DNA of 64,000 nucleotides from Methanobacteriota archaeon (GCA_002715725.1 PAZU01000004.1:18580-82579), one strand, 5' to 3'. Shown: positions 19,701-29,279, counted from the stretch's first letter. Notes: generated by a model not told the origin, from the sequence alone. Made by a program: numbers and translations.

Positions 19701-20365
19701 ACTAGTTGACTTATCCTACTCATTATAGCAATCTCAACTTCGCTCAAACTGCTAGCATGATCAAGCATGATTATCCCGGACAAATCTCTAAGACTGAAAG
19801 GTATTTGGTCGGTTTCAGTTATTGCGTCTAGAACTACTCTAGCCCTTCGTGAAGGATGAGTCATCCCAGTTTTATTTTCTAACTTCTTCAACGCTTTGTC
19901 GCATGAAATTGCACCAGGGTCTTCCTCCCAGTTGTGAGGTTTAAGAAGCGAAATTATTTCTCTGTGTAATGATAAAATCCTGTGAGACCTTGAACGCGTC
20001 CAAACATTTTGAGGATTTGGCTGAAGTAGTGGAAATCCATAATCAGCGGCATGAGATGATAGAGCCTGATGCGTTAGTTCGAATGTAACACCATCGTCTT
20101 CCATAACAGCAGGTAATCGTAAATCGATATGTAACATCGATATTAATCTCTGAATTGTAAGATGGTGAGATGAATCAACAATGCCTCCACCAATCATGTT
20201 ATGCAAATCGGAAATTGTTTGCTTTCTTGATGCCTCCGTTGAATGGATAACCATCAACCGTTGGCCCGAAACAATCGCCTCTAACAACCAGTTAGGAGCG
20301 CCAACACCGGCCTCTATTGCCTCCATTGACAAAATAGGTTGTTCGGATTCATTAGCGGACATCAT
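16703..20365 (-). CDS. AddB-like partner subunit: no intact Walker A, C-terminal RecB-type nuclease with 4-Cys iron-staple-like cluster
   Basis: C-terminus: WLFCPRKAW (first Cys), GFIDKVDEV, LVIIRDIKSMDG (D..D.K), QLALYARAW (QxxxY), terminal CNCPTIGSC. No P-loop in the N-terminal region. The start overlaps the AddA-like stop by 7 nt, which suggests translational coupling. Confidence 0.7.
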   Translation of the reverse strand: MMSANESEQPILSMEAIEAGVGAPNWLLEAIVSGQRLMVIHSTEASRKQTISDLHNMIGGGIVDSSHHLTIQRLISMLHIDLRLPAVMEDDGVTFELTHQALSSHAADYGFPLLQPNPQNVWTRSRSHRILSLHREIISLLKPHNWEEDPGAISCDKALKKLENKTGMTHPSRRARVVLDAITETDQIPFSLRDLSGIIMLDHASSLSEVEIAIMSRISQLVNLHQLVNPGSHRLGYHGEYIEDIHPVRKQSDLPNWVPEHKVWIPKQQQGWKSPNSNSNIYHLMVESENQSISAIGDLLSRVEGDVMIVDGDSSNLRKKLSSHLENQGFRLRGENSTISSSPAVSRILSIIGISRGEEAWSLTRLTDLVEQIGLPMTWGVMNLEHPTDPAWKPKLHPETLVEIARGFHILGGRGSLRRWLSTLSQATPRFTGDEDQSRALEESQWWLAAMSRWMAPILSKQDREVAMQKCIGCISGEELPLPELIENPIIWFNSLLEQIDWRLLAGRDSVESNSIPGLQYFIESLTRLTQEMGLDFEGDDFYEMLQHLASNTQLPSRRGTDTGIRILNPNQALGTTSDTLILSGLNSNKWSMKSPSVPWLDEMSRMRLGINRPDDGLRKGRHHLRHLLNSSKTVVILDSSLQDGIEPAGPLEEWFSTISTDEDELNLENPPSFIDSNDWKPDTPDRSWSWQTIPDIGLRLVHKVSSMEMLADGVRTHRSGKLPRDELQRAGLASIEGREITSQPLNQNSILEAVKKDLLPDQYNRRKGISSFDVGEIFPFEDSGKMIRTKDYRLIPNRNNIPSARDSSQWPHLGEVTEKKAILGIDPRPILPSSTGIKTLDERTGITGVSLRLPKIWSQSRLQAWLFCPRKAWIDRHLRLGQEEKVPEDLAANARGNIVHFVEEAVLRAHGVEDEQIAEQAITLAEGPLKDINDAWQVVLKTLMEKAPWMKRADGVAAHRCRDLIGVSPSQWVSWLEGEETIPVGGRLGRMIQADFGLRDCAPIASEWEVRVNSNRNVTIVLPSSPEQETEEKSFKITGFIDKVDEVLVDYELEKEAETIPLDLNLKQHVPVSKLVIIRDIKSMDGPKDDGKEARHLKGLFDEVQLALYARAWEIGNPGHRVIGIGVTQVGIDTHPWVELDPDFIDLLSESKVGIVTQSLVNQYRRPGESTPAESNPFRAWMRERITTANRVIENAEAGKIPCNCPTIGSCLGSKRGGW

Positions 20366-20448
20366 TAATTCTCACCACGGGACGGGTATACTCGGCTGCG
20401 GGGGTTATTGAACCCACGCCTTGAACTTGTGAGGCAATCATTGAAAAT

Positions 20449-21387
20449 ATGTGCGCCATTAGGAATTGTATGCGAGTAAGAGCAACATGTGTAATTTTGG
20501 TTTTATTGCTTTCAATAATTCCGTCTACTAATGCTGGTTCGCCTGAAGAACTGGATAATGTCGGTCCTGTATTTGGTGGAGTTCACCTAGATGCAAATGT
20601 TTCTGGAAATAGCTCCAGCAGCCTTTCTGATTTGCCTGCAATCGTAGAAGATTATACTGCAACATGGTGTACCAACTGCGTAGATGTGGAACACGCACTT
20701 GATGACATAGCTGACGATAATCACATGCAAACATATCATTTCCACCGATTCATCGGTGAAAATGAAGACCCACTCGGCTCACAGGAAGGAGACGATAGGT
20801 GGATTGACAGATATGAGCAGAGGTTGCCTCCGACTGCTGTATTCAATGGAACCATTAGACAAGTTGGAAGTGTTCCTGATGGAGAAACACTACAAGATGA
20901 TTACAACCAAAATCTACAGAACTATCTGAGCCTAGGAATCGGTTCCTCCTCATTAGGATGGGTTGTGAGCAACGACTCGAATCCTATTGCAACTTGGAAT
21001 CTAGCAGTTGATATGTCGAATTTCCCAGAGGATAGTCACATCGAATCATCTCTTTGGATTGTTGAAGTTCTCGCATACTTCCCAGACGGTGGAAACCAAG
21101 AAGAATATTATCACAAGAGCGTGAAAACTGTTATCCAACTAGGTAACGCTACCACAGGATCCATGGAAGTTACAATGCCTACTGCATACGATGGAGATGA
21201 CTTACAAGTACACTTAATTCATGAAGTAATTCTTCCAGAACCGGAAGATGAAACTCCAGCAATTCCTCCAACAGATGACGATTCTTCAGAAGATGATGAA
21301 GACAGTGGTTTGCCTAGTATTGGCCTAGTTGCTGTACTAGCGATTACTATGTTTGCGGCCATCACTGTGCAGCGAAAGCAGCAATGA
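20449..21387 (+). CDS. Secreted thioredoxin-fold protein (WCxxC) with acidic linker and C-terminal TM anchor plus basic tail
   Basis: Signal-like N-terminus. DYTATWCTNCVDVEHALDD is a CxxC redox motif. C-terminus PPTDDDSSEDDEDSGLPSIGLVAVLAITMFAAITVQRKQQ. Confidence 0.65.
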   Translation: MCAIRNCMRVRATCVILVLLLSIIPSTNAGSPEELDNVGPVFGGVHLDANVSGNSSSSLSDLPAIVEDYTATWCTNCVDVEHALDDIADDNHMQTYHFHRFIGENEDPLGSQEGDDRWIDRYEQRLPPTAVFNGTIRQVGSVPDGETLQDDYNQNLQNYLSLGIGSSSLGWVVSNDSNPIATWNLAVDMSNFPEDSHIESSLWIVEVLAYFPDGGNQEEYYHKSVKTVIQLGNATTGSMEVTMPTAYDGDDLQVHLIHEVILPEPEDETPAIPPTDDDSSEDDEDSGLPSIGLVAVLAITMFAAITVQRKQQ

Positions 21388-22402
21388 TTCTATCGACGTC
21401 TTCATCGGTAATGTGCAAGTGGATTGCAACCCTTACTCTGTTGTAAGGCAAATCGAACATATCTACTCCATGTTCTGCTAAGGAAACTACTACATCGGCA
21501 GCAGGAATGTTGCAGTTAACGTAAACGAGATTGGATTGGACAGCATCTAAGTCTACGCTGAAATTATCCATAGCATCAATTGCTTCAGCAACCTTCCTTG
21601 CGCGAGTGTGGTCTTCTGTCAAACGTTCAACATGGTGGTCCAAAGCATGCAATCCAGCAGCTGCTAAAACTCCTGCTTGCCTCCATCCTCCACCGAACAT
21701 CTTACGCCAGCGATGTGCTTTGCTGATGAATTCTTGAGAGCCCACTAGAACTGAACCAACTGGAGCGCCTAGGCCCTTTGAAAGACAAATCGAGACCGAA
21801 TCGTAATCTCTACACATTCTTGCAACATCTACTCCAGTTGCAATTGATGCATTGAATATTCTTGCTCCGTCAATATGAGTTGCACAATCATTTGCTTTGG
21901 CCACTGCAGCAATTTCGTCTAATGCTTCCTGGGTGTAACATGCACCACCGCCTAAATTAGATGTGTTTTCAACACACACTAGAGTGCCATCTGGATAGTG
22001 TGATCCTGAGCCTTCTGCCTTGCGAATTGCCTTCTTGACCTGTTCTGCAGTCATCAATCCACCCTTGCCTTCGACCAATGAGATAGATGTGCCACAAAGG
22101 GCAGCATATCCTCCGCCTTCGTACTTGTAGATGTGAGCGGTTTTATCGCAAACGATTTCGTCACCAGGAACTGTATGTGTTCTCAAAGCAATAGCATTAG
22201 CCATTGTGCCGCTTGCTACGAAAAGTGCGGCTTCCTTTCCGAACATCTTTGCCAATCGATTTTGTAAGTCTATGACCGTTGGGTCGTCACCAAGAACATC
22301 GTCTCCGACTTCTGCTTTCTCCATCACTGCGCGCATAGCCGCAGTAGGCTGAGTTACGGTATCGCTGCGCACGTCAACGCGGTCGGACGGATACTCTCGC
22401 AT
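21362..22402 (-). CDS. ltaE: Low-specificity L-threonine aldolase (PLP-dependent)
   Basis: DVRSDTVTQPT..AMRAVM..A.VGDDVLGDDPTV..L...A..FGKEAALFVASGTMANAIAL is the canonical threonine aldolase N-terminus. Confidence 0.85.
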   Translation of the reverse strand: MREYPSDRVDVRSDTVTQPTAAMRAVMEKAEVGDDVLGDDPTVIDLQNRLAKMFGKEAALFVASGTMANAIALRTHTVPGDEIVCDKTAHIYKYEGGGYAALCGTSISLVEGKGGLMTAEQVKKAIRKAEGSGSHYPDGTLVCVENTSNLGGGACYTQEALDEIAAVAKANDCATHIDGARIFNASIATGVDVARMCRDYDSVSICLSKGLGAPVGSVLVGSQEFISKAHRWRKMFGGGWRQAGVLAAAGLHALDHHVERLTEDHTRARKVAEAIDAMDNFSVDLDAVQSNLVYVNCNIPAADVVVSLAEHGVDMFDLPYNRVRVAIHLHITDEDVDRIIAAFAAQ

Positions 22403-22424
22403 GAACAGTCCAAGCCGCTTCCAC

Positions 22425-22766
22425 TCAAAGCAGTTTCAGGTCACCGGTAATGGCGTCAACTGCTGAGCGAGGAGCTGGGCCGACACCCAATACAGTTACT
22501 GTACCAGGGGGGATTTCAGTGTGCCCTGCGTCTTTGACAAGGTCGCAGACTAGGCCTCCTTCCAGTGCTTTAGCGTATAATTGGCGCAAGTGGGCTTCAT
22601 CATCAGCACGCAACACAATCTTGCGTGCGCCTAAGTTGTTCCAGCGCTCATACAAACGGGCTGCTTTCTTTTTTGCTTTCATTGCACAATGTACTGCTGC
22701 ATGCGAACATTGCGCTGCAAGTTTACCCTTGGACAATTTTAGGTCGTCACGGGTCACTAAGACCAT
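22425..22766 (-). CDS. pth2: Peptidyl-tRNA hydrolase, archaeal/eukaryotic PTH2 type
   Basis: MVLVTRDDLKLSKGKLAAQCSHAAV...VLGVGPAPRSAVDAITGDLKLL. The ORF extends to 22841, but the internal Met giving about 114 aa is the more typical start and avoids overlap with the upstream gene. Confidence 0.8.
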   Translation of the reverse strand: MVLVTRDDLKLSKGKLAAQCSHAAVHCAMKAKKKAARLYERWNNLGARKIVLRADDEAHLRQLYAKALEGGLVCDLVKDAGHTEIPPGTVTVLGVGPAPRSAVDAITGDLKLL

Positions 22767-22776
22767 TGTAACTTCA

Positions 22777-23436
22777 CTAAGCGGTGATGACATCACTCTC
22801 ACCGCTTGCAATTGGCTCAGCCAGTTCTGCAGTTTCTTCATGCAGCAAGTTTGCTAGCCATGGTGCAATCCATACCGCACTAGCAATGCTTGCAATAGCA
22901 TGTAATGCATCGAATGGCAATCCATTCAGTAGATAGATGCCAAACTCGCCGATGGTCATTCCTACGGTGTAGATTGACAAGGAAACCCACCAATCGAACA
23001 ACACGGATGCGAAGATTGCGGTAATGATGAGGCGCTTCATAGCAACTTCATTTTGCATAACTAAGTTCAATCTCGAACCTGCAAATGCAACACCGGCCCA
23101 GCCAGTGGCTTGGAATAATGTCCACCAACCATGTGATAGTACAGCATTTGAGATCATGGTTGCCATGACTGCGAATGCCATCCCTCTACGCGCTCCTAAT
23201 GATGCACCCATCACCAAACACATCACGGTTAATGGCTGTACATTCGGGAAAGGTTCGAGCAATATTCGGCTTGCTGCTGCTGCCGCGGTAATACTTGTTA
23301 GAATCAAAATTTCACGTTTTGCCGAGTGAGTTGGTCGGCACAAAAGGAAGAAACAAATTGTAATCAAAACTACATTGACCACTAGCATTTCTACAGGGCC
23401 GAGAACTGGTCCATGCACCCCGTCGGTCATTACCAT
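22777..23436 (-). CDS. Polytopic membrane protein (about 6 TM), function unknown; possibly ECF-type substrate-capture-like
   Basis: Hydrophobic helices only. No catalytic motif recognised. Confidence 0.45.
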   Translation of the reverse strand: MVMTDGVHGPVLGPVEMLVVNVVLITICFFLLCRPTHSAKREILILTSITAAAAASRILLEPFPNVQPLTVMCLVMGASLGARRGMAFAVMATMISNAVLSHGWWTLFQATGWAGVAFAGSRLNLVMQNEVAMKRLIITAIFASVLFDWWVSLSIYTVGMTIGEFGIYLLNGLPFDALHAIASIASAVWIAPWLANLLHEETAELAEPIASGESDVITA

Positions 23437-23468
23437 GTACAGAGGTGGAGGGCTTCAAGTCTTGAACT

Positions 23469-25133
23469 TCACGCTGGTGACCAGCGTACAACCGATGCTT
23501 CGCTAACCTCTGATGCAGAAATTCCGAGTTGGGATCTTTCCCCATCAATTGTGAACTCCCAACCATCTAATTCTTCTCCATTAAATGATACAATCATATC
23601 CCCAATACTGTATGTTTGTTTCTCGATAGTTATGCCGAGTTGAATTGCAGCACTATCGGTTAACTGCTCGACATTTTCGTGCCCCTCGAGTCCGCCGATT
23701 ACTACTTCTCCACTAGGAAGTTCGAACACTACAACCTGTGTGTCTTTCCATTCTTCTGGCCAATCATCATCCCAGTCACCTGGAGAGTCGCTCAACTCAT
23801 TGACTTCTTTTGACCAAACTTCAGAAATCGAAGGTAGTGCTATTATCGAAATGACAAGAACTAGCAAAACACCCAATTTTGCTACCATTGCGGAATCTTT
23901 ACGCGACCGGAAAACAACCATGCCGATAACCAATGCAACAAGTACGATATGTTCAGGCCCAACTTGAAATGAAGATTCTTCAGAATCTGATTCAAACTCT
24001 TCCTTTCCATCAATTATTAAGGCGTGATCAGTTGAATCGAGAACCACCATCAACACGCCGGCATCGTTTCCAAAGGCCATCTCGCCACTTTCTCCAAACC
24101 CAGCACCGGCAGTAGTGTATGTGTCATGTGAGGTCGTATACATCTCAAGCTCTTGGCCTGGTAAACCTGTTGCCCATCCGCCCTCAGGAGTATTTCTTGG
24201 ATACCAAATTGAAGTGGAGTTTTGATTCGGTTGAATTGTAATTTCTCCATTAGCATGGAAATCGGTTTTTCCTTGGAATGTGCAATTAGAATCACATTTC
24301 CACCAGATTACATGTTCGCTGGTTGCGAAGAAAATGTCATTGTCGAGTTTGTAGGGAATCGCTGGCGAATATCCTTCCTCTGATAGTAACTGCTCATTGA
24401 GATAAATTTCTGAGCCGGTGTCTTTTTGCAAATGAGTAATTATCCCTGCATCAGTTTGAATCGGAGCGTGGCGAATCATTCCGTCGCCAATGGAAATATT
24501 GGTGACGTCTCCTGATTTTGAAACAATGTTTACTACGCCTTCTTCATTACCGATCAAATAACTATCACCAGTTACAGTAACTCCGTTTCTCCAACCCAAC
24601 TGTGGCAAATCTATGCGAAGGTTTTCAGTGCCATCGCTCAAACAATATCGGGATAATCCCTGTCTAGTAGGGACGACAATATCGTCACCGTCTAATGCCA
24701 TTGCTCCGGTTATTCCCCAGGTAACTACTTCGGTTTGTGCTGACCAAATTAAACTACCATCTTCGATATCTAAAGCTGTAACCTTTCCATCAGTCCAACC
24801 GATAACAATCATCTCACTCCAATTCCCGCATGTTCCATTTCCGGCTTCTACATGCATTAATGGACTCATGTCGTGATTGGTCGAGGCTGCGTTCTTGAAT
24901 CGCCAATTCTCTTGGCCTGAATACAGGTCAAAAGCGTATACATGAGGCCGGTCTTCGCCCGTCCAAAATCCTGATGTTCGAACTATGACTTGACTGTCAA
25001 CAATGAGTGGTTTTGTTGAAATATAGCCATTATCCAAATCGACTTCCCAATAATCTGTGCTTTGTTCATCAGCGACAGAGGTCGGTAGTAATATGCAAGA
25101 TAAAAGGCATAATGCAACGAGAATTCGCTTCAT
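23469..25133 (-). CDS. Secreted PQQ-like beta-propeller repeat protein with C-terminal membrane anchor(s)
   Basis: Signal peptide MKRILVALCLLSCILLPTSVA. Repeated G.V.ALD..DGSLIW-type propeller blades. Hydrophobic segments near the C-terminus. The start abuts the gatE stop (25133). Confidence 0.6.
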   Translation of the reverse strand: MKRILVALCLLSCILLPTSVADEQSTDYWEVDLDNGYISTKPLIVDSQVIVRTSGFWTGEDRPHVYAFDLYSGQENWRFKNAASTNHDMSPLMHVEAGNGTCGNWSEMIVIGWTDGKVTALDIEDGSLIWSAQTEVVTWGITGAMALDGDDIVVPTRQGLSRYCLSDGTENLRIDLPQLGWRNGVTVTGDSYLIGNEEGVVNIVSKSGDVTNISIGDGMIRHAPIQTDAGIITHLQKDTGSEIYLNEQLLSEEGYSPAIPYKLDNDIFFATSEHVIWWKCDSNCTFQGKTDFHANGEITIQPNQNSTSIWYPRNTPEGGWATGLPGQELEMYTTSHDTYTTAGAGFGESGEMAFGNDAGVLMVVLDSTDHALIIDGKEEFESDSEESSFQVGPEHIVLVALVIGMVVFRSRKDSAMVAKLGVLLVLVISIIALPSISEVWSKEVNELSDSPGDWDDDWPEEWKDTQVVVFELPSGEVVIGGLEGHENVEQLTDSAAIQLGITIEKQTYSIGDMIVSFNGEELDGWEFTIDGERSQLGISASEVSEASVVRWSPA

Positions 25134-27187
25134 TAAACATGCCTCATTATCGCTTCGCGCAATAACGCACTGACTTGTTTTCCATCAGCAGCACCACCGC
25201 ATTCTTTCATCACAACTCCCATGAGTGGGCCCATTGCACCCATACCTCTTTCCTTGACGAAATCAAGGCGATCTGCAATAACTTTCTCGACAATTTCAGC
25301 CAAGTCTCCAGTGTCTGCAGGTTTCAATCCTAATTCTTCAGCCTTAGCAGATAACTGAGCCATACTCGGGTTTTGTCCAGCGAATTCATGAATTAGTGTG
25401 GACATTCCTTCCCTAGTAACATGTCCTTCTTCTTTGGATGCTAAAACAAGAGCCATCAACCCGACATCCCCTTCATTCTCTAGCAACATTGTTGCCCACG
25501 CTTTTTGCGGGAGGCCTCCGGAATGTGAAACGAAATGATCATCCAATTCTCGAGAGAGTAGCTGTTTGCTTTGGTCTGCACTAATATCGAAATTTTCCAA
25601 TCTCTCTCGCCTCTCTGCTTGTGTCATTGGCAAATTGTTCAGAACATTTTTCCAGCGTTCTGACGAGATAGATAATGGCGGTATGTCGGTCTCAGGATAC
25701 ATCCTAGCACCGCCAGGTAAAGGCCGCATCGGGGTAGTGGTGCCATCTTCAGGAGAACCTTTACGAATCACCACATTTCGTACTTCTTGGGGTATTCTTT
25801 CGAAAGCTAGTCTAGCGCGGTTTAGCACGCTTTCCAATGCTAATTCTGCTTGCCATTGAGGCGCTAGACATAGTACAAAGGCATCGACCCCATTCAGCGC
25901 TTGCCTAGTTGCATCAACGAATTCTTGTTCGATTCCGTATGCAGGCAGTTCATCAGAATGGTAAACTCCTGCTACTCCCGCAAGTTTTGCAGCACCAGCA
26001 AGTTCCCTACCAAGCCTAGGTAATTGTGCTCCGTCAGAATCAAATTCCTTAGTTCCAATCATTCCGCTAAATCCGGGTAAGGGTAAAGCCAGCATAACAG
26101 AATTACCATCCAGCCCCTCTTTCACTCTCTTAGAACCACATTCTGCAAAGTGAGATGAAACGTCAACTAAATTGAGATGTAAAATCTTAGCAACATCGTC
26201 TTGAACAGAAGCAGATTCTTTTCTTCTGTCGTTAGGCAATATAGGTAAATCATGCAATTCCCTAAGACGATTAGCCAATCGGTAGAAATGTAACTGGCGA
26301 GCCATTTCACAACGTATGATTTTAGGAATCCATTCCAGGTCTTGACAACCTTTGATTTCTACTCTGTCGCCACACATTATTGAAACATTGAGGTCTTGTC
26401 TAATGCTCCCTAGGCCTCTTTTGACTCTTCGGGTATCTCTTAGTGTTCTGCCCAATGCAATCGATGTTTGTTTAGCATGATCTGGTGTTTTGATATCTGG
26501 TGCCGTTGCAATTTCGATGAGAGGGATTCCTAAACGGTCTAGATTCCAAGTTACGACCTCTCCATTGGATGTTAACTCGCTAGTCAATTTACGTGCAGAG
26601 TCCTCTTCTAAACAGAGTACATCAATTCCAACTGGTCCACTCTCAGTCTCTAGAACTCCTGATGTAGCAACCAATGTAGTCCGTTGGAAGCCACTTGTGT
26701 TTGAACCGTCAACCACAGTTTTCCTCATCGTCTGTAACAGAGGAACTGGGTGTGCATCCAACATTCCTGAAACGGTCAGAGAAATATCTAGTGCATCAAT
26801 ATCATGGGGTAAAGGTGGCTGTTCATCCAATTCAATGAGTCCGGCATTAGGAGATTGGCAATACACGAAGGAGCGATTTCTCCTTTCTTCGAACCTAGCA
26901 GCGACATCTACTGCTCCTCCTTCGCCACTTGAAGACCTCAACTTCCGATGGTACTTCGGCCAATCTTCAGGTAATGTATCAATTGTGATGTCGTGAAGTT
27001 CGCCCGGTTGGCGGGAATGTAATTTACCTGTTGCCAACTGTTGGTGAACTTCTATTCCACACATGAATCCAAGACCTTCTGGGTCAAGCAATGCTGGGTT
27101 TGCCACATCGCCTTCTGGTTCCATGTTCTCACCTGAAAGATTTCCTTGATATGAGCGCATCGTTTCATACAGGCTGTAGAGTATCAT
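25133..27187 (-). CDS. gatE: Glutamyl-tRNA(Gln) amidotransferase subunit E (archaeal GatE)
   Basis: GIEVHQQLATGKLH (GatB/E catalytic core), an AspRS-like insertion and a C-terminal GatB/YqeY-like helical domain. Length about 680 aa. The start overlaps the mcm stop by 23 nt. Confidence 0.8.
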   Translation of the reverse strand: MILYSLYETMRSYQGNLSGENMEPEGDVANPALLDPEGLGFMCGIEVHQQLATGKLHSRQPGELHDITIDTLPEDWPKYHRKLRSSSGEGGAVDVAARFEERRNRSFVYCQSPNAGLIELDEQPPLPHDIDALDISLTVSGMLDAHPVPLLQTMRKTVVDGSNTSGFQRTTLVATSGVLETESGPVGIDVLCLEEDSARKLTSELTSNGEVVTWNLDRLGIPLIEIATAPDIKTPDHAKQTSIALGRTLRDTRRVKRGLGSIRQDLNVSIMCGDRVEIKGCQDLEWIPKIIRCEMARQLHFYRLANRLRELHDLPILPNDRRKESASVQDDVAKILHLNLVDVSSHFAECGSKRVKEGLDGNSVMLALPLPGFSGMIGTKEFDSDGAQLPRLGRELAGAAKLAGVAGVYHSDELPAYGIEQEFVDATRQALNGVDAFVLCLAPQWQAELALESVLNRARLAFERIPQEVRNVVIRKGSPEDGTTTPMRPLPGGARMYPETDIPPLSISSERWKNVLNNLPMTQAERRERLENFDISADQSKQLLSRELDDHFVSHSGGLPQKAWATMLLENEGDVGLMALVLASKEEGHVTREGMSTLIHEFAGQNPSMAQLSAKAEELGLKPADTGDLAEIVEKVIADRLDFVKERGMGAMGPLMGVVMKECGGAADGKQVSALLREAIMRHV

Positions 27188-29279
27188 ATCCGCCAGGCCG
27201 CATCAATCTTCCATCTCTACACAATGCTTCGATGATATCTTCTGCTGTATCACGATTAATTTCCAACCTTCCCGCCTCGGTTAATACATCTGCTAGATTG
27301 ACCGTTTCGCCTGTTTCAGCGAAAATCCTCCTAACGATTTCAAGAAGTGTTCTCTCTCTATTTCGAGTAGTTGCTTTCTTTCCAGATTGAAGAGTTGTTT
27401 CGTCAAAGTTTTCACCCATCAATTCATGCCTCCAAAATCGTGTAAGTCGTATAGACCTCTCAGCGTCCTCAATAGATGCAACATTCGATAATCTGACTCT
27501 AGCAGATGCTTGGGCTAGCCTATACAATCCTTCTATTGCTCTTGCAGAGATTGAAATCGAGTCGTGATATTCTCCACCCTTTCTTCTCGTTTCAACATAG
27601 AATTCCCTAAGAGCTTCTCGTGCTTCATCTGTGAGCCTAGGATGAATAGATCTCTTTGCATAAGCCACATACTTTCTGATTAAATCACGATTAACGATGC
27701 CTTGGGATGTGTCAACCCCTTCGTACTTCGCGGCCTTTGAAGGGTCTACTTCGCTGCCTTGCTCAATCAAAATTTCTGGAGTAGATTCGGCTCGATTACT
27801 CATAATATGCTCTGCAATTAATTTGTCATGTTCCGCTGCAGGTTGGTCTGTCATCAACCAGATTACATCGAATCGGGAAATTAATGCGGGTTTGAGATTG
27901 ATTTGTTGGGTAAATGGTACCTCTGAAACGGATTGGAAGCGTCCTGCCTTTGGGTTAGCCGCTGCTAAAATTGCACACCTTGTGGATAGTGTAGCATTTA
28001 TCCCAGCCTTTGAAACAGAAATTCGTTGCTGTTCCATCGCTTCGTGCATCGAGGACCTATCATTTTCGTTCATCTTATCGAATTCGTCAATTGCAGCCAA
28101 TCCTAAATCGGCTAAAGCAAGCGCACCTGCTTCCAGAGTCCAACGTCCATCTGCAGCAGAATCTTGAACTGCTGCTGCTGTCAAACCAGCGGCTGAAGCT
28201 GACATTCCAGAGGTGAATCTACCTCGAGGTGAAATCTGAGACATGTATGACAATAATTGTGATTTAGCAACACCGGGGTCCCCCATTAGCAAAATGTGTA
28301 TGTCGCCGCGGAGTCTTGTTCCGTCCTTGGCTTTGGATGCCACTCCACCAAATAGTTGAAGCATCAATGACTCCTTTTGCCTAGGCATTCCAAAGATAGA
28401 TGGTGCTATCGATTTGGTTAGTAAATCATGGATGTCGTCTCTTCGGGCTAGTTCTTTGATTTCTCTTTCTTCTTCTTCAGAAATCTGAATTTCTTCCAGA
28501 GGAATATTTTCTCTCTGAATACTGTGGATTCTCATGAAGATATCGAAAATTGGAGTGTCTTTTCCTGATTTTCTCTGAGAACGAACGAATAGCATTCCGT
28601 TGGCAGTAACCCTGTCTCCTGGATTCAATTGACCTGCAATATCGTGTTCTGCTATGCACAAGATTCGCTCCGGCTGGACGCCTCCCCGAAGGTTTTCGGG
28701 AGGTTCCTGTAACTCGATGAATTGTGTATCGATTAGAATCGATTCCTCTACTCTTTGTACGAATTTAGTTTGGTTCTTCTTTCTACCACACCCGCCATCG
28801 ATTTCAAAACACTCTATTGGTTCAACCAATTCTTGCTCGTTGGGTTGATTGATATGACTAGAATGCCCACATGCTGCACAAACGAAAACGCCCTCGTATG
28901 TTCTTGGTAGAACTTTACCAATTTTTGTAGCAATAGCATCTACTGAAATCATAGAGCCCAAATCCTCACTACGCAATTGGCGAACTGTTCTATGTGAGTC
29001 AGGTGGTAATTCGATTATTCTGACAAAGGCTACTATTCGGGGTGCACCTAATTCAGACAATAACAAACCAAGAGCTTGGTTTGCCGCTTGAGTATTATTT
29101 TCCGGCTCTTCGATAATCGATAATGCAAAATCTGGATCAAAGGATTCTATGTCACGATAAGAGACCTCTAAAGATTGTACATCAGGCCAAGTTACCTCGA
29201 GATTATGAATCGCTTCACTATAGTTCTCAAGAAGCAGTGTTCTCCATCTTGCTGGCAGGTCAAATTCTTGAATCGTCAT
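27165..29279 (-). CDS. mcm: MCM replicative helicase
   Basis: Zn-finger CAACGHS...CFEIDGGCG. Walker A GDPGVAKSQLL, Walker B AIDEFDKM, arginine finger SRFDVIWL. C-terminal winged-helix region. No intein. Confidence 0.9.
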   Translation of the reverse strand: MTIQEFDLPARWRTLLLENYSEAIHNLEVTWPDVQSLEVSYRDIESFDPDFALSIIEEPENNTQAANQALGLLLSELGAPRIVAFVRIIELPPDSHRTVRQLRSEDLGSMISVDAIATKIGKVLPRTYEGVFVCAACGHSSHINQPNEQELVEPIECFEIDGGCGRKKNQTKFVQRVEESILIDTQFIELQEPPENLRGGVQPERILCIAEHDIAGQLNPGDRVTANGMLFVRSQRKSGKDTPIFDIFMRIHSIQRENIPLEEIQISEEEEREIKELARRDDIHDLLTKSIAPSIFGMPRQKESLMLQLFGGVASKAKDGTRLRGDIHILLMGDPGVAKSQLLSYMSQISPRGRFTSGMSASAAGLTAAAVQDSAADGRWTLEAGALALADLGLAAIDEFDKMNENDRSSMHEAMEQQRISVSKAGINATLSTRCAILAAANPKAGRFQSVSEVPFTQQINLKPALISRFDVIWLMTDQPAAEHDKLIAEHIMSNRAESTPEILIEQGSEVDPSKAAKYEGVDTSQGIVNRDLIRKYVAYAKRSIHPRLTDEAREALREFYVETRRKGGEYHDSISISARAIEGLYRLAQASARVRLSNVASIEDAERSIRLTRFWRHELMGENFDETTLQSGKKATTRNRERTLLEIVRRIFAETGETVNLADVLTEAGRLEINRDTAEDIIEALCRDGRLMRPGGYDTLQPV

